Assembly (NCBI GenBank): GCA_963717145.1
Contig: OY970325.1
Location: forward strand, 2,496,001-2,560,000
DNA: 64,000 bases
Origin: an uncultured Armatimonadetes bacterium
GTDB taxonomy: Bacteria; Armatimonadota; UBA5829; DTJY01
Reading direction: 5' to 3'
The stretch's first letter is position 1; the number at the start of each line of letters is the position of its first letter. The notes beneath the pieces are model-generated. The model did no database searches and was not told the origin of the DNA. It was given only the letters and a program-made list of their open reading frames with translations. The position numbers and the translations under genes are program-made. Shown here piece after piece: positions 40,408 through 49,640 of the stretch.

Positions 40408-43374
40408 ATGGAGACTTGGAGGCGCTGGGACGGTCCCGATACTTCATCCGATTATCTCAGCCTCTTAGCTGGATGTGCCAGCGAGGCGCTGTATACCCTT
40501 TTCGGACGGCTGTATTACAGCGTCGCGGGACAGCCGATGAAGGAGGTCCTGGACTTCGCCAACCAGTGCTACGTACAGGCCAAGGATAACCAGGCATGGG
40601 ACGACATCTTAGCGCGATTCGCGGCTTCAGGGGCACCAGGTATGTTCGCCATGGTCGGCGACGCGGGAGTGGGTAAGACCGAGTATCTCTCTCACTTTGC
40701 TTTCGAGACGTGCGCTCTAACCGGGGACAGCCCGACAGTTGCACTATTCGTCTCATTTGATACAGGAGGCGCACACTGGACCGATAAGATCAATCGAAAC
40801 ATCGACCAATTCATATGCGAGAACTATCGTGTTCTTTCCCAGCTTCATGCTGATCTGCCTGAGCAGATAGCTGTTTTTCGGAAGGCCTTCGGATATGATA
40901 CAGACCTTGATCCTACACCCTCAGGTTTTGATATTGTCCGCGTGCTTCGAACAAAGATAATGGGCCGCGTTGTGGAAGGCTTGAGAAGCAAGGGTCGGAA
41001 TCTGCTGTTGATTATAGACAATGTGGATCAGAGCGACACCAGACAACAAGAGGATCTCATTTCGAGAAGAGAGGAACTCCACAGGGAACTCCCTTGTCCT
41101 GTAGTGGTCTCCATACGGCCAGAGACGGCGGCACGATTGCGTCGCGACCTCGGCCGGCTCTTTAGTGTGTTGCCATCGTTTCGAAGAAAGATGCCCGCGC
41201 CGTTGGCTGAAGTGTTGGAGCGTCGCATTCGTTACCTGATCGACTACGGTGCACAGGACCGACGTTTCAGCGGGCTTGTAATACCAGTTTACCACGGTGC
41301 GGGCCGTGTTACAGTGGATTTCTCTGTTGTCCTGCAGGGCTTGTTGACGTTGATGCAGCAGCCGTTCTGCGTTACGCCAACTTCACCCGCGGTCACGTTT
41401 CTTGATCTAGCCAGCCGGCTGTGTAACGAGACCAGCCTCACAGCGGCTCTCACCCAGATCGTAGGCACGCTCGCGTCCGGACACCTGCCCGCTGAACTCA
41501 TGACACGTGTCATGTCAGGCTATAGACTTGACCTTGTGGATCCTGAAGCGCTGATTGCCGCGCTAGTGCTAGGCTCAGACACGCGGTATACCGAATACGC
41601 TGAGCACGGAAGGGCAGGGAGTTCGGTGATCAATCTGTATGACTGCAACCTGCGCCAGATGCCACGAGGACCGCTTTACACGTGGCTCAGGCCTCTATGT
41701 TTGATAGCACCCCATGCGGAATCGGGCCCAATCCCGCACGCTGAGCTGGTATCTAGTATGTGCCAAGCGTGGCCTCAGAGAGTTTGCTCAGAAGACGTTG
41801 AAGCGACAGTCCGCCTGCTCCTAGGCCACCGCCTACTGAATGAAGATAACGATGGCTTATCAATCACTCACGCCGGAGAGTCGTATATCGACACGCTTGC
41901 CGTTTCCCGGGTCTACCTTGATTCCGTCCATCGACGAACCATGCGGGATGACGAGCCACTTGCTGCCCACCGAGGAAGAAGTCGTCTGGTTCGTGATATT
42001 CTTGCTTTTGAAGTGTTTCTCTCGCGCACCCTCAGAGAACTCACGGAAACCTGCGAGGCTGAGAGGGTAGAAGCATGGCTGGGATTCCTGGGAGAATACA
42101 CACTTAATAGAATAACGCTGCGCACCCAGGACTACGTTCAGCGCCTACTTGCCAGACAGGTGCATACGACGGAATGGGTCTGTAGTGACTGCCCGCAATG
42201 TGTCCTCTTCGGAAAGCGAGCGTCTGTTCCAAAGGAGATCACCGCAAGACTGGATTATCCCAACCCATGGCTGGCAATGGAGGCATCGGATGTGGCCGTC
42301 GAGACCGGAGCGACCTGGACACAGATGCGTTATTTCTTTGATGGCGAAGTACTGTCTGTCATATGCAGTGAACCCACCGCTTGTGGTGCACCATGCCCGG
42401 GACCGGTCCGTTTGGATCTCACGGGTTGGATCGACTCGGACACCTACAATGGTGAGTCTGCTTTAAATCGCCAAGTGCTCGAAGAAGAAGACAGACCGCG
42501 CCACGTGACCAGGAATGGTGGACCAAGCAACGGCGACCTTCGAGTCCGTATCAGCTACGCGGAGATAGACTCCGCTACTGCGAGACGGGTGGTTGCTCAA
42601 CTCGCAGCAGACGGAGTTCTAGTCGACCAAGCGAACTACAGCGCATCTGTGCAGGGGTCAGCGGGGCTAGTCGGTACGGTTCTGGCCGCAGGAGACTGTC
42701 TTATCGTCTTGCTGTCACCCGGGGCAGTAGAGTCCGCTGAGTTGCGGCCCATTCTGGAGGGGGTGGGGTCTGGTGAACTGTCTAGCAGAGACATAACCGT
42801 CATTCTGGCGATGATCGAAGACTGCGAGGTTCCGGATGAACTGAGGGACTACTGCCTCTTAGATATGCGAACAAGCTTCAGCGAGGGCGTGTCAACACTA
42901 GCAAGAAAGCTGCGGTCGGCAAGTAGGCTGGATTTCTCCAAACTGAACGATGACGAGTTCCAAAGGCTTGCGCTCAATGTCGCGGAGAGGCTGGGATTTG
43001 TTGAGTGGGCTCTGGATGGGACAGATCAACCAGCCGGCGATGCAGCCTCTATACCAGCCGACACGGTGTTGGCGCATCGTGACATGCCGACTGCGGTGTC
43101 TGCTGAGACCTGGGTGATTGCTGCCAGATTGTACCCACAGGCTAGGGTCGATCTCAGGTCTCTACGCCGGCTCCGCGAGAATGTGCACAAACACGCCGGA
43201 TTGAAGGGCGGTCTTCTTGTGACAAACACTCATCTAACTTCCGCGGCACAACATTGGCTCCGCGAAACTCAGAACGATCCCCCAATGATTCAGGTCATAG
43301 ACGGGGCAAGACTGAAGACTCTGTTACTGCAGTACGACGATCTGGCTGAAAAATACTTCCGACGCAGCTGTTGA
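40408..43374 (+). CDS. P-loop NTPase-wHTH-TIR-like-Mrr-like multidomain protein
   Basis: Walker A GDAGVGKT, Walker B LLIIDNVDQ; TIR-like VRISYAEID...LIVLLSPGAVES; Mrr-like FQRLALNVAERLGF...GLLVTN...IDGARLKTLL. Confidence 0.75.
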   Translation: METWRRWDGPDTSSDYLSLLAGCASEALYTLFGRLYYSVAGQPMKEVLDFANQCYVQAKDNQAWDDILARFAASGAPGMFAMVGDAGVGKTEYLSHFAFETCALTGDSPTVALFVSFDTGGAHWTDKINRNIDQFICENYRVLSQLHADLPEQIAVFRKAFGYDTDLDPTPSGFDIVRVLRTKIMGRVVEGLRSKGRNLLLIIDNVDQSDTRQQEDLISRREELHRELPCPVVVSIRPETAARLRRDLGRLFSVLPSFRRKMPAPLAEVLERRIRYLIDYGAQDRRFSGLVIPVYHGAGRVTVDFSVVLQGLLTLMQQPFCVTPTSPAVTFLDLASRLCNETSLTAALTQIVGTLASGHLPAELMTRVMSGYRLDLVDPEALIAALVLGSDTRYTEYAEHGRAGSSVINLYDCNLRQMPRGPLYTWLRPLCLIAPHAESGPIPHAELVSSMCQAWPQRVCSEDVEATVRLLLGHRLLNEDNDGLSITHAGESYIDTLAVSRVYLDSVHRRTMRDDEPLAAHRGRSRLVRDILAFEVFLSRTLRELTETCEAERVEAWLGFLGEYTLNRITLRTQDYVQRLLARQVHTTEWVCSDCPQCVLFGKRASVPKEITARLDYPNPWLAMEASDVAVETGATWTQMRYFFDGEVLSVICSEPTACGAPCPGPVRLDLTGWIDSDTYNGESALNRQVLEEEDRPRHVTRNGGPSNGDLRVRISYAEIDSATARRVVAQLAADGVLVDQANYSASVQGSAGLVGTVLAAGDCLIVLLSPGAVESAELRPILEGVGSGELSSRDITVILAMIEDCEVPDELRDYCLLDMRTSFSEGVSTLARKLRSASRLDFSKLNDDEFQRLALNVAERLGFVEWALDGTDQPAGDAASIPADTVLAHRDMPTAVSAETWVIAARLYPQARVDLRSLRRLRENVHKHAGLKGGLLVTNTHLTSAAQHWLRETQNDPPMIQVIDGARLKTLLLQYDDLAEKYFRRSC

Positions 43375-43378
43375 AGAG

Positions 43379-43918
43379 ATGAATCTCGCCACTGATTTCG
43401 TCAATAGACTCGAATGCTGTCCAGCGGGTCAGAAGGGATGGAGAACCTTTGAAGACCTGTGCGTGGACATTCTCATCCACCTATTCGTTCCGCCGCTATC
43501 TGCACCCAGAGTCCAGTCCAGTTCGACTTCCTGTACAGACCGACGCGATGCCATCTTTCCGAACAGAAATCTGTCGGATATCACCCCATGGGGGTTTCTA
43601 TTCCACGACCTCAAAGCTCGAATGATATTGTTCGACTTTAAGAACTATCATAGCAAAGAGATAGGTAAAGACCAGGTAGATCAGATTGCGGCCTATATGA
43701 GAGAACCCTGGGGTCAGCTCGCGCTGGCAGTGTGTAGCAAGGAGCCTTCCCCGAGTGCTCGAGTACGTCAGCGTGCCCTGCTTGACCGCAAAGGGACGGT
43801 GATAGTTCTCTTGACAAAGGAGCAACTCAAGGAAATGCTCTATATCAAGGAGCGAGGTGATGATCCTGCTCGCCTGATCTTGGACTTGATCGAAGACCTG
43901 TACTGCTCATCCGACTGA
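43379..43918 (+). CDS. PD-(D/E)xK (Mrr-related) endonuclease
   Basis: FEDLC..IL..LF.P...RRDAIFPN...FDFKNY; starts 4 nt after the NTPase gene stop. Confidence 0.75.
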   Translation: MNLATDFVNRLECCPAGQKGWRTFEDLCVDILIHLFVPPLSAPRVQSSSTSCTDRRDAIFPNRNLSDITPWGFLFHDLKARMILFDFKNYHSKEIGKDQVDQIAAYMREPWGQLALAVCSKEPSPSARVRQRALLDRKGTVIVLLTKEQLKEMLYIKERGDDPARLILDLIEDLYCSSD

Positions 43919-44022
43919 CGGCATAGCCGAATGGCATCGATTTTCGTGCAGACTTGGTAATCCGTCCCATTCACCTCCCGATTCGTGAGCGGTATGGCAG
44001 CAGTATGAGCCCGCATGAGACA

Positions 44023-44085
44023 GATGGGACGTATGGGACCGATGTGACGCTCTGTCCCTATTCGCCCATTCGTGCTATTCGTGTT
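44023..44085. repeat. Nonamer-based degenerate repeats
   Basis: gatgggacgtatgggaccgatgtgac ... ctattcgcccattcgtgctattcgtg. Confidence 0.5.
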
Positions 44086-45277
44086 TCCCATACTGCCATG
44101 CCGCGTCGTAGCAGGCGACCACGTTCGTGGGCGGGACGTTCGACTGGACGTTGTGGATCTGGTTGAACACGAACCCGCCGCCGGGTGCAAAGATCTCGAT
44201 GCGCTCGCGGACATGTCGGTCGATCTCCTCGGGCGTCGCATTCGGGAGCACCGACTGCGTATCGCATCCCCCACCCCAGAACGTCAACTTGTCGCCGAAC
44301 TCCTTCTTGAGCCGCCGAGGATCCATCCCCGCGGCCGAGGTCTGGACCGGGTTGAGCGCCTCGACGCCCTCGTCCACCAGGTCGCCCATAATGTCGTAGC
44401 ACGATCCGCAGGCGTGGAGGAAGACGTGGACGTCCGAGTGCTCACGGATGAACCGGTACTGCTTCGTGTGGCGCGGCTTGACGACCCGCCGATAGAGATC
44501 GGGCGAGAGCATGGTCGCGGTCTGCGTGCCGAGATCATCGCCCATCTGGATGAGTTGGACGTACGGGCCGATCGCCTGCAGGTATGTGCGCAGGTCCTCC
44601 ATGTAGACCTCCACCATCTTGTCGAGCGCGTAATCGACGACCTCGCTGCCGAGCGCGATCTCCATCATGAACCGCTCCCATCCGAAGGCGTTCTGGCCGC
44701 CCTCCAGGATGTTTCCGCCGAATCCGAACATGATCGCGTAGTCCGTGTTCTCATAGAGCCACTTCGTCCGCTCGATCAGCGGTGTCAGGCGCTTCGGATC
44801 GGCGGGCTTCATATCTAATAAACGGTCCACGTCGGCAAAAGTTACGGCCTCAGCGAGAGGATTGTGGCACGGCTCGAAGTAGAGGCATCCCTCGGGCATG
44901 CGCTGGATGTCGCGGCCGGCCGCATCACGAATCACGAGTCCTCCCGCACACGGAACGGGGTTGAAACCGACAGGGACCTTGGCGGGCGAGCCGTCCGGGA
45001 GCGTCCAGTCCTTCCACTCCTCAGCCCACCGGCCGAGCATATTGAGACTATCGAGCACATCGACGTGGAAGCGGTCGAGAATCGGCTGCTCGGGGAGCGC
45101 GAGTTGCTGCATGGTATCATAGACGCGGGTCTCGCCCCCGGTGATGCCGAGGTGCGCCTTGAGTCTGTTGTACGCGATCGCCATGATGCCGGTCGAGCGC
45201 ATCCCGCCGAAGTCGATCGGCACGCGGTCCGGCTCCTTGTGCGCGAGGGTGGTCAGAACTCTCTCTCGTGAGGTCAT
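44075..45277 (-). CDS. Uroporphyrinogen decarboxylase (URO-D/MtaA-CmuA) family protein
   Basis: MTSRERV...EPDRVPID, GDDLGTQ, FLHACG, LNPVQ, GGGCDTQ, IHNVQ. Confidence 0.9.
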   Translation of the reverse strand: MTSRERVLTTLAHKEPDRVPIDFGGMRSTGIMAIAYNRLKAHLGITGGETRVYDTMQQLALPEQPILDRFHVDVLDSLNMLGRWAEEWKDWTLPDGSPAKVPVGFNPVPCAGGLVIRDAAGRDIQRMPEGCLYFEPCHNPLAEAVTFADVDRLLDMKPADPKRLTPLIERTKWLYENTDYAIMFGFGGNILEGGQNAFGWERFMMEIALGSEVVDYALDKMVEVYMEDLRTYLQAIGPYVQLIQMGDDLGTQTATMLSPDLYRRVVKPRHTKQYRFIREHSDVHVFLHACGSCYDIMGDLVDEGVEALNPVQTSAAGMDPRRLKKEFGDKLTFWGGGCDTQSVLPNATPEEIDRHVRERIEIFAPGGGFVFNQIHNVQSNVPPTNVVACYDAAWQYGKHE

Positions 45278-45331
45278 TGATGTCCTCCTTGTTTGTGGGA
45301 CTTTTCGGCGGTGTTGGGGAAAAGTCCTTGG

Positions 45332-45452
45332 AACCGCCAAGACGCCAAGTCCGCCAAGGAAGGGGAACCACAGAGACACAGAGGGCACAGAAGAATTCCG
45401 GATTAGCGGTTTCTTTCCGTATTTTCCTTCTGCTTCCGTGCTTCCGTGTTCT
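45332..45452. repeat. Cluster of nonamer/octamer repeats
   Basis: aaccgccaagacgccaagtccgccaag; aaccacagagacacagagggcacaga; cttctgcttccgtgcttccgtg. Confidence 0.65.
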
Positions 45453-47505
45453 ACGCCTTTCGATCGCCAAAGAACCTCTGCACATCGGCCATGTTGACCG
45501 TGACGGGGCACTGGGGGAGGAAGCGGATGAACTCCTTGCCATACATCTTCTTGATCAGCCGCGAGTCGAGGATCGCGACGACTCCCCGGTCGAGCTTCGT
45601 GCGGATGAGGCGTCCGAATCCCTGCTTGAGCCTGATCTGCGCCTGGGGCATCGAGAAATCGCGGAACCAGTCGCCGCCGGATGCCATGATCGCATCGGTG
45701 CGCGCCTTGTTGACCGGGCTGTCCGGCACGGCGAACGGGAGCTTGTCGATCACCACGATGCTGAGCGCCTCGCCCCGGATATCGACGCCCTCCCAGAAGC
45801 TGTGGACGCCGAACAGGCATGCTTGATCCTGCTCCAAGAACGACTGGACGAGCGCCTCGTTCGACATGTCGCCCTGCTTCATCATGGTAAACGGCAGCCG
45901 CCCGAACAGCCTATCGTAGACGGCATTGAGCATCCGGTATGAGGTGAAGAGCAGGAACGCCCGCCCGCCGGACGCCCGCACAAGCTGCTCGATCTCCTCG
46001 GCGACGGCATCCGTGTACATCGGATTCTCGGACGGGAATTCGAGATGCCGCGGGATGTAGAGCATGCACTGCGTGGTGAAGTCGAACGGCGAATCCTGCG
46101 CGGTCTCGACGCACTCGGGCACTCCGAGCCGGCCCCGGAGGTAGCCGAACGTGCCGGAGTTCGTGAGCGTCGCCGAGGTCAGCACGACGCTGTCGATCTC
46201 CTTCCAGAGGTTCTGCTTGAGGATATCCGCCACGGAGAGCGGCGAGTATCGGAGGAAACACGGGCCACCCGTATCCCCACGCCGTTCGGGAGGGAGTTGG
46301 ACTCCCTCCCGCGACACTAGGGCTGGGAGTTCAACTCCCGATTGAGTCCTGCGGGAGGGAGTCCAACTCCCTCCCGAACGGCGTGGGGATGCTCCGCGCT
46401 CGCCCCACTTGAAGAAGCCCTTCTCCGTGCCGAAGAAGAGGAGCGTCATCTCCTCCTTCAAACGCGCGGTCATCCTGCGCAGGCCCGAGAGCCGGTCCTC
46501 GAGTTCGGGCTTGCCGGTTGTATCCTGCTCGGTCAGCTCGCGGTTGAGCCCATCGAGCATCGAACAGATGACCTTGACTGTCTCCTCGACCTCCGACTTA
46601 CTGTTTCCGCGACAAACCTCATGCAGGAAGAACTCCTGCTTTGGGTGGCCGGCGAAGAAGTCGAAGAGCGCGCGGTTCAGTTCGTCGAGTGTCTGTATCC
46701 GCTGGGGATCGAGGCCGATGCCCTTGACGCGCTTGATCCGCTTCAGGAGACTCGGCACGCGGAAGCTCGCACACTCGATGCCGAACGCCTTAGTGGCGAT
46801 GTCCTCCAGGTGATGGGCCTCATCGAAGATCACGGCATCGTATGCGGGGAGGACCCCCGCGTTCGGGTCGGACATCCGGATGCCGAGATCGGCGAAAAAG
46901 AGCGAATGGTTCGTGATGATGACATTGGCGTCCTGGGCCTCGCGCCGCATCTTGTAGTAGAAGCACTTTCCGACGAATCGGCACTGCTGATTGTGGCAGG
47001 TATCCTGGTTCGAGCAGATGTCCGACCAGTCGCCGAACTGGAAATCCAACTCGCCGACGTCGCCGGTCTCGGTCTCGGCCGCCCACTTCTCGAGCTTCCT
47101 GAGGTTCGGGTCGCCGATGAGGTGAAGCTGCCCGGACTCGGCGTCGAAACTGTTCATGCAGAGGTAGTTTCCCCGGCCCTTGACCACTACGGCCTTGATC
47201 TTCCGCTCGGGGAAGACGCTCTGAAGGAATGGGATGTCCTTGTTGAGAAGCTGGCTCTGGAGGTAGATGGTATGCGTGGAGACGATGACTTTCTTCCCGG
47301 TGAGGCTGAACTCGATCGCCGGGAGCAGGTAGGCCATGCTCTTCCCGACGCCGGTGCCGGCCTCCGCGAGGCAGTGGTGCTTCGAGGCGAGCGCGCGCTC
47401 GATAGCGAGCGCGACCTCGATCTGCTGAGGCCGGTATTCGTAACCCGGCATCCGTTCTGCAATCAGTCCACTTGGGCCAAGCGCCCGCTCCAAGTCCATC
47501 TTCAA
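45451..47505 (-). CDS. dinG: DinG/YoaA-family ATP-dependent DNA helicase with in-frame repeat insertion
   Basis: EAGTGVGKS, KGRGNYLC, Fe-S Cys, DEAHHLE, TSATL, LFTSY, FWEGVD, KLPF, QGFGRLIR. Confidence 0.92.
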   Translation of the reverse strand: MKMDLERALGPSGLIAERMPGYEYRPQQIEVALAIERALASKHHCLAEAGTGVGKSMAYLLPAIEFSLTGKKVIVSTHTIYLQSQLLNKDIPFLQSVFPERKIKAVVVKGRGNYLCMNSFDAESGQLHLIGDPNLRKLEKWAAETETGDVGELDFQFGDWSDICSNQDTCHNQQCRFVGKCFYYKMRREAQDANVIITNHSLFFADLGIRMSDPNAGVLPAYDAVIFDEAHHLEDIATKAFGIECASFRVPSLLKRIKRVKGIGLDPQRIQTLDELNRALFDFFAGHPKQEFFLHEVCRGNSKSEVEETVKVICSMLDGLNRELTEQDTTGKPELEDRLSGLRRMTARLKEEMTLLFFGTEKGFFKWGERGASPRRSGGSWTPSRRTQSGVELPALVSREGVQLPPERRGDTGGPCFLRYSPLSVADILKQNLWKEIDSVVLTSATLTNSGTFGYLRGRLGVPECVETAQDSPFDFTTQCMLYIPRHLEFPSENPMYTDAVAEEIEQLVRASGGRAFLLFTSYRMLNAVYDRLFGRLPFTMMKQGDMSNEALVQSFLEQDQACLFGVHSFWEGVDIRGEALSIVVIDKLPFAVPDSPVNKARTDAIMASGGDWFRDFSMPQAQIRLKQGFGRLIRTKLDRGVVAILDSRLIKKMYGKEFIRFLPQCPVTVNMADVQRFFGDRKA
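46273..46390. repeat. 118-bp palindromic element inside dinG
   Basis: Perfect 40-bp inverted repeats (46273-46312 and 46351-46390) around a central gggagttcaactccc hairpin. Confidence 0.9.
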
Positions 47506-47509
47506 GCCT

Positions 47510-47523
47510 CGAACACACGTTCC
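47510..47523. promoter_or_regulatory. LexA/DinR (Cheo) SOS box
   Basis: CGAACACACGTTCC matches CGAACRNRYGTTYC; lies between the promoter and dinG start. Confidence 0.75.
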
Positions 47524-47531
47524 AACGCATC

Positions 47532-47560
47532 ATTATAGGAGAAATGACGGGAGGGAGCAA
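47532..47560 (-). promoter_or_regulatory. dinG sigma70 promoter
   Basis: TTGCTC-17-TATAAT on the minus strand. Confidence 0.65.
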
Positions 47561-47566
47561 GGAAAT

Positions 47567-47644
47567 GGGGAATGGTTGATGGTTCATGGTTAGTGGCGGA
47601 CGGAGGTCTGCTTCCCATCAACCATGAACCATCAACCATTCCCC
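47567..47644. repeat. Heptamer-based hairpin (TGGTTNA)n
   Basis: ggggaatggttgatggttcatggttagtgg ... ccatcaaccatgaaccatcaaccattcccc. Confidence 0.8.
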
Positions 47645-47650
47645 ATTCCC

Positions 47651-47685
47651 AAAACAAAACCCCGGAGTCGGAACCCGGGGTTTGT
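47651..47685 (-). terminator. Rho-independent terminator after anti-sigma gene
   Basis: Minus strand acaaaccccggg...ccggggttttgtttt. Confidence 0.7.
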
Positions 47686-47717
47686 ATCTGAATGCCACCA
47701 TGCAGGTGTCAACTACG

Positions 47718-48821
47718 TCAGTTCTTGAACGGCCGGTCGACGTACACGGCCTTGTCTATGAACGCCCAGTCCAGGTCGATCGGCTTCAAGACCTTCCAGA
47801 GTGTGCTGTTCACGTCCTCTGAACCGACCTCGACTACCGCCGGCTTCTTGCTAAGCGATCCGTTGGCGATAATCGTCTTGCCGTAGTCCTGCGAGATCAT
47901 CTGCAGGATTCCGTACAGGGTTCGGTTTCCGCCTCGCATACCCGATCCCGACGTGACACCCAAGGCGTCGCTCGAGATCGGTCTTGCATCCTTATTCGGG
48001 ATGAACACGAGCTTCGAGAACGGAGTTTTGCGGAACTGATACGTGACAAGCAATGTGATCGGCACGGGCTCGCCCTTGGAATTGCTGATCCCCGGGACGG
48101 TCAACTGGACCGGACTGTCGCCGAGCACGTTACCGCTCCACATGGGCTTCCGGTCGCCGCCGGGATACAGGGCATATGTCCCGACTGGGAGCACGTATAC
48201 CTGGGCCGGAATTCTGTTCGTCACATCGCGGGCAAGCGCCTTATTGTTGATCGTGAGGATCAACTCATAGTAGCTGCTTCCGGCACAAAACTCAGTCGAT
48301 GTCACCGAGACCCAGAGGGCATTGCCCAGCCGGGTACGGGACTGCCAGTCTTCCTTGGAGTCGGATGCGGGGGCGGCCGACAGTTCATCGTCCGGTCTGC
48401 CTCCCACGCCACTGACGGACGTTCCTGGGTCCTGACCGCCAAACTGCTTGAGCACGCCCTGCGGCACGTTCAGCAGCACCATCGCGAGGATGGCGCCGGC
48501 ACATGCCACCGCGAGTGCTCGGGCGGGCAGCAGTCGCCCGAAGACATAGTCCCACGTCACGCCGAGGAAGCCCTGCTTGACGGCTCTCTTCTCTTCGTGC
48601 TGGAGTCGGGCAGCCCTCATGACCACATCGTGGCGGAAGCTCGAGGGAGGCTCGACCTCAGGCAGGGTACCGATCACATCCCAGGCGCGACCGAACGACT
48701 TGAGGTCGCCCCTGCAGCCGTCGCACTGGTCAATGTGGGCTCGCACTGTCGCGGTCAACGCGTAGTCAATGCTGCCTTCCAGGTATTCCGAGAATAATTC
48801 TTTCGCTCTTTCGCACTTCAT
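47718..48821 (-). CDS. Zinc-binding anti-sigma factor with large extracytoplasmic domain
   Basis: MKC...HIDQCDGC, one TM segment. Confidence 0.85.
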   Translation of the reverse strand: MKCERAKELFSEYLEGSIDYALTATVRAHIDQCDGCRGDLKSFGRAWDVIGTLPEVEPPSSFRHDVVMRAARLQHEEKRAVKQGFLGVTWDYVFGRLLPARALAVACAGAILAMVLLNVPQGVLKQFGGQDPGTSVSGVGGRPDDELSAAPASDSKEDWQSRTRLGNALWVSVTSTEFCAGSSYYELILTINNKALARDVTNRIPAQVYVLPVGTYALYPGGDRKPMWSGNVLGDSPVQLTVPGISNSKGEPVPITLLVTYQFRKTPFSKLVFIPNKDARPISSDALGVTSGSGMRGGNRTLYGILQMISQDYGKTIIANGSLSKKPAVVEVGSEDVNSTLWKVLKPIDLDWAFIDKAVYVDRPFKN

Positions 48822-48948
48822 GGAAAGTCCTCTCCCTCACCTCATACATCGCCAGTCGAATGTGTGGTCAGATCCGGGCTCTGACTCTCCTGATCGGTCC
48901 CTTGAGGTGCGGAACTTCCAGGTCCTGATTTTCACTAATTCGACGGCG

Positions 48949-49593
48949 CTATAGGTCGAAAAGTTCCAGTACCGGCCCAAGTTTGTCCCTGAGCGCAAGC
49001 CGGGCTCGATTGAGTCTCGACTTGACGGTACCGATTGGCAACCCCATAATCTCAGCGATTTCCTCGTAAGACTTCCCTTGTGTATGAAATAAGAGGACCA
49101 TAGCCCGCTGATAATCGGGGAGTTGCTGGATGACTGACTGGAGCACATCTGCGCGCTCCCTTGCTTCCAGCAGCTCTTGCGGGCCTGGCGACGAGTCTTC
49201 GATCTGGCGGGTTACCGTGCTTTCGTCCAGATCGATGTACTCGTCCAAGGGAATATTCATGTGAGCTTTCGACCTTTTCCGTTCGTCAAGGTAGAGGTTA
49301 GTGACTACGCGGAAGAGCCATGTTGAGAAGTTTGCATCCCCCCTAAATGAATCAATTGCGTGAAAAACCTTGATGAAGGCCTCCCCCGCTATATCGTTTG
49401 CGTCGTCGTAGTTTCCGGCGAGACGGTAGGCGAAGTTGTATACCTGTTTCTCGTACATGCGCACGAGATCGTCAAAGGCAGACAGATCGCCCTGCTTGCA
49501 CCTTTCGATTATCGCGCATTCGTTTCGACGCACGTTTTTTGCATCACCACGCGTCTGCACGATGCCGCTCTCCAGTCCCTCGACCCCGTCCAA
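48949..49593 (-). CDS. ECF sigma-70 factor
   Basis: FRGDANFSTWLFRVVTN, SYEEIAEIMGLPIGTVKSRLNRAR. Confidence 0.93.
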   Translation of the reverse strand: MDGVEGLESGIVQTRGDAKNVRRNECAIIERCKQGDLSAFDDLVRMYEKQVYNFAYRLAGNYDDANDIAGEAFIKVFHAIDSFRGDANFSTWLFRVVTNLYLDERKRSKAHMNIPLDEYIDLDESTVTRQIEDSSPGPQELLEARERADVLQSVIQQLPDYQRAMVLLFHTQGKSYEEIAEIMGLPIGTVKSRLNRARLALRDKLGPVLELFDL

Positions 49594-49614
49594 AGCTGAC
49601 CTCGACTACCGACG

Positions 49615-49640
49615 TTTCGCGGGTCAAGTCGTTACACTAA
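49615..49640 (-). promoter_or_regulatory. Putative autoregulatory ECF promoter (approximate bounds)
   Basis: TGTAAC-N16-CGTC on the minus strand just upstream of the sigma gene. Confidence 0.45.

Noticed and set aside
40235-40589. Small ORFs upstream of the NTPase as a third system component
   Set aside because: Three overlapping short frames with no motifs; cannot distinguish a real gene from a frameshifted N-terminus
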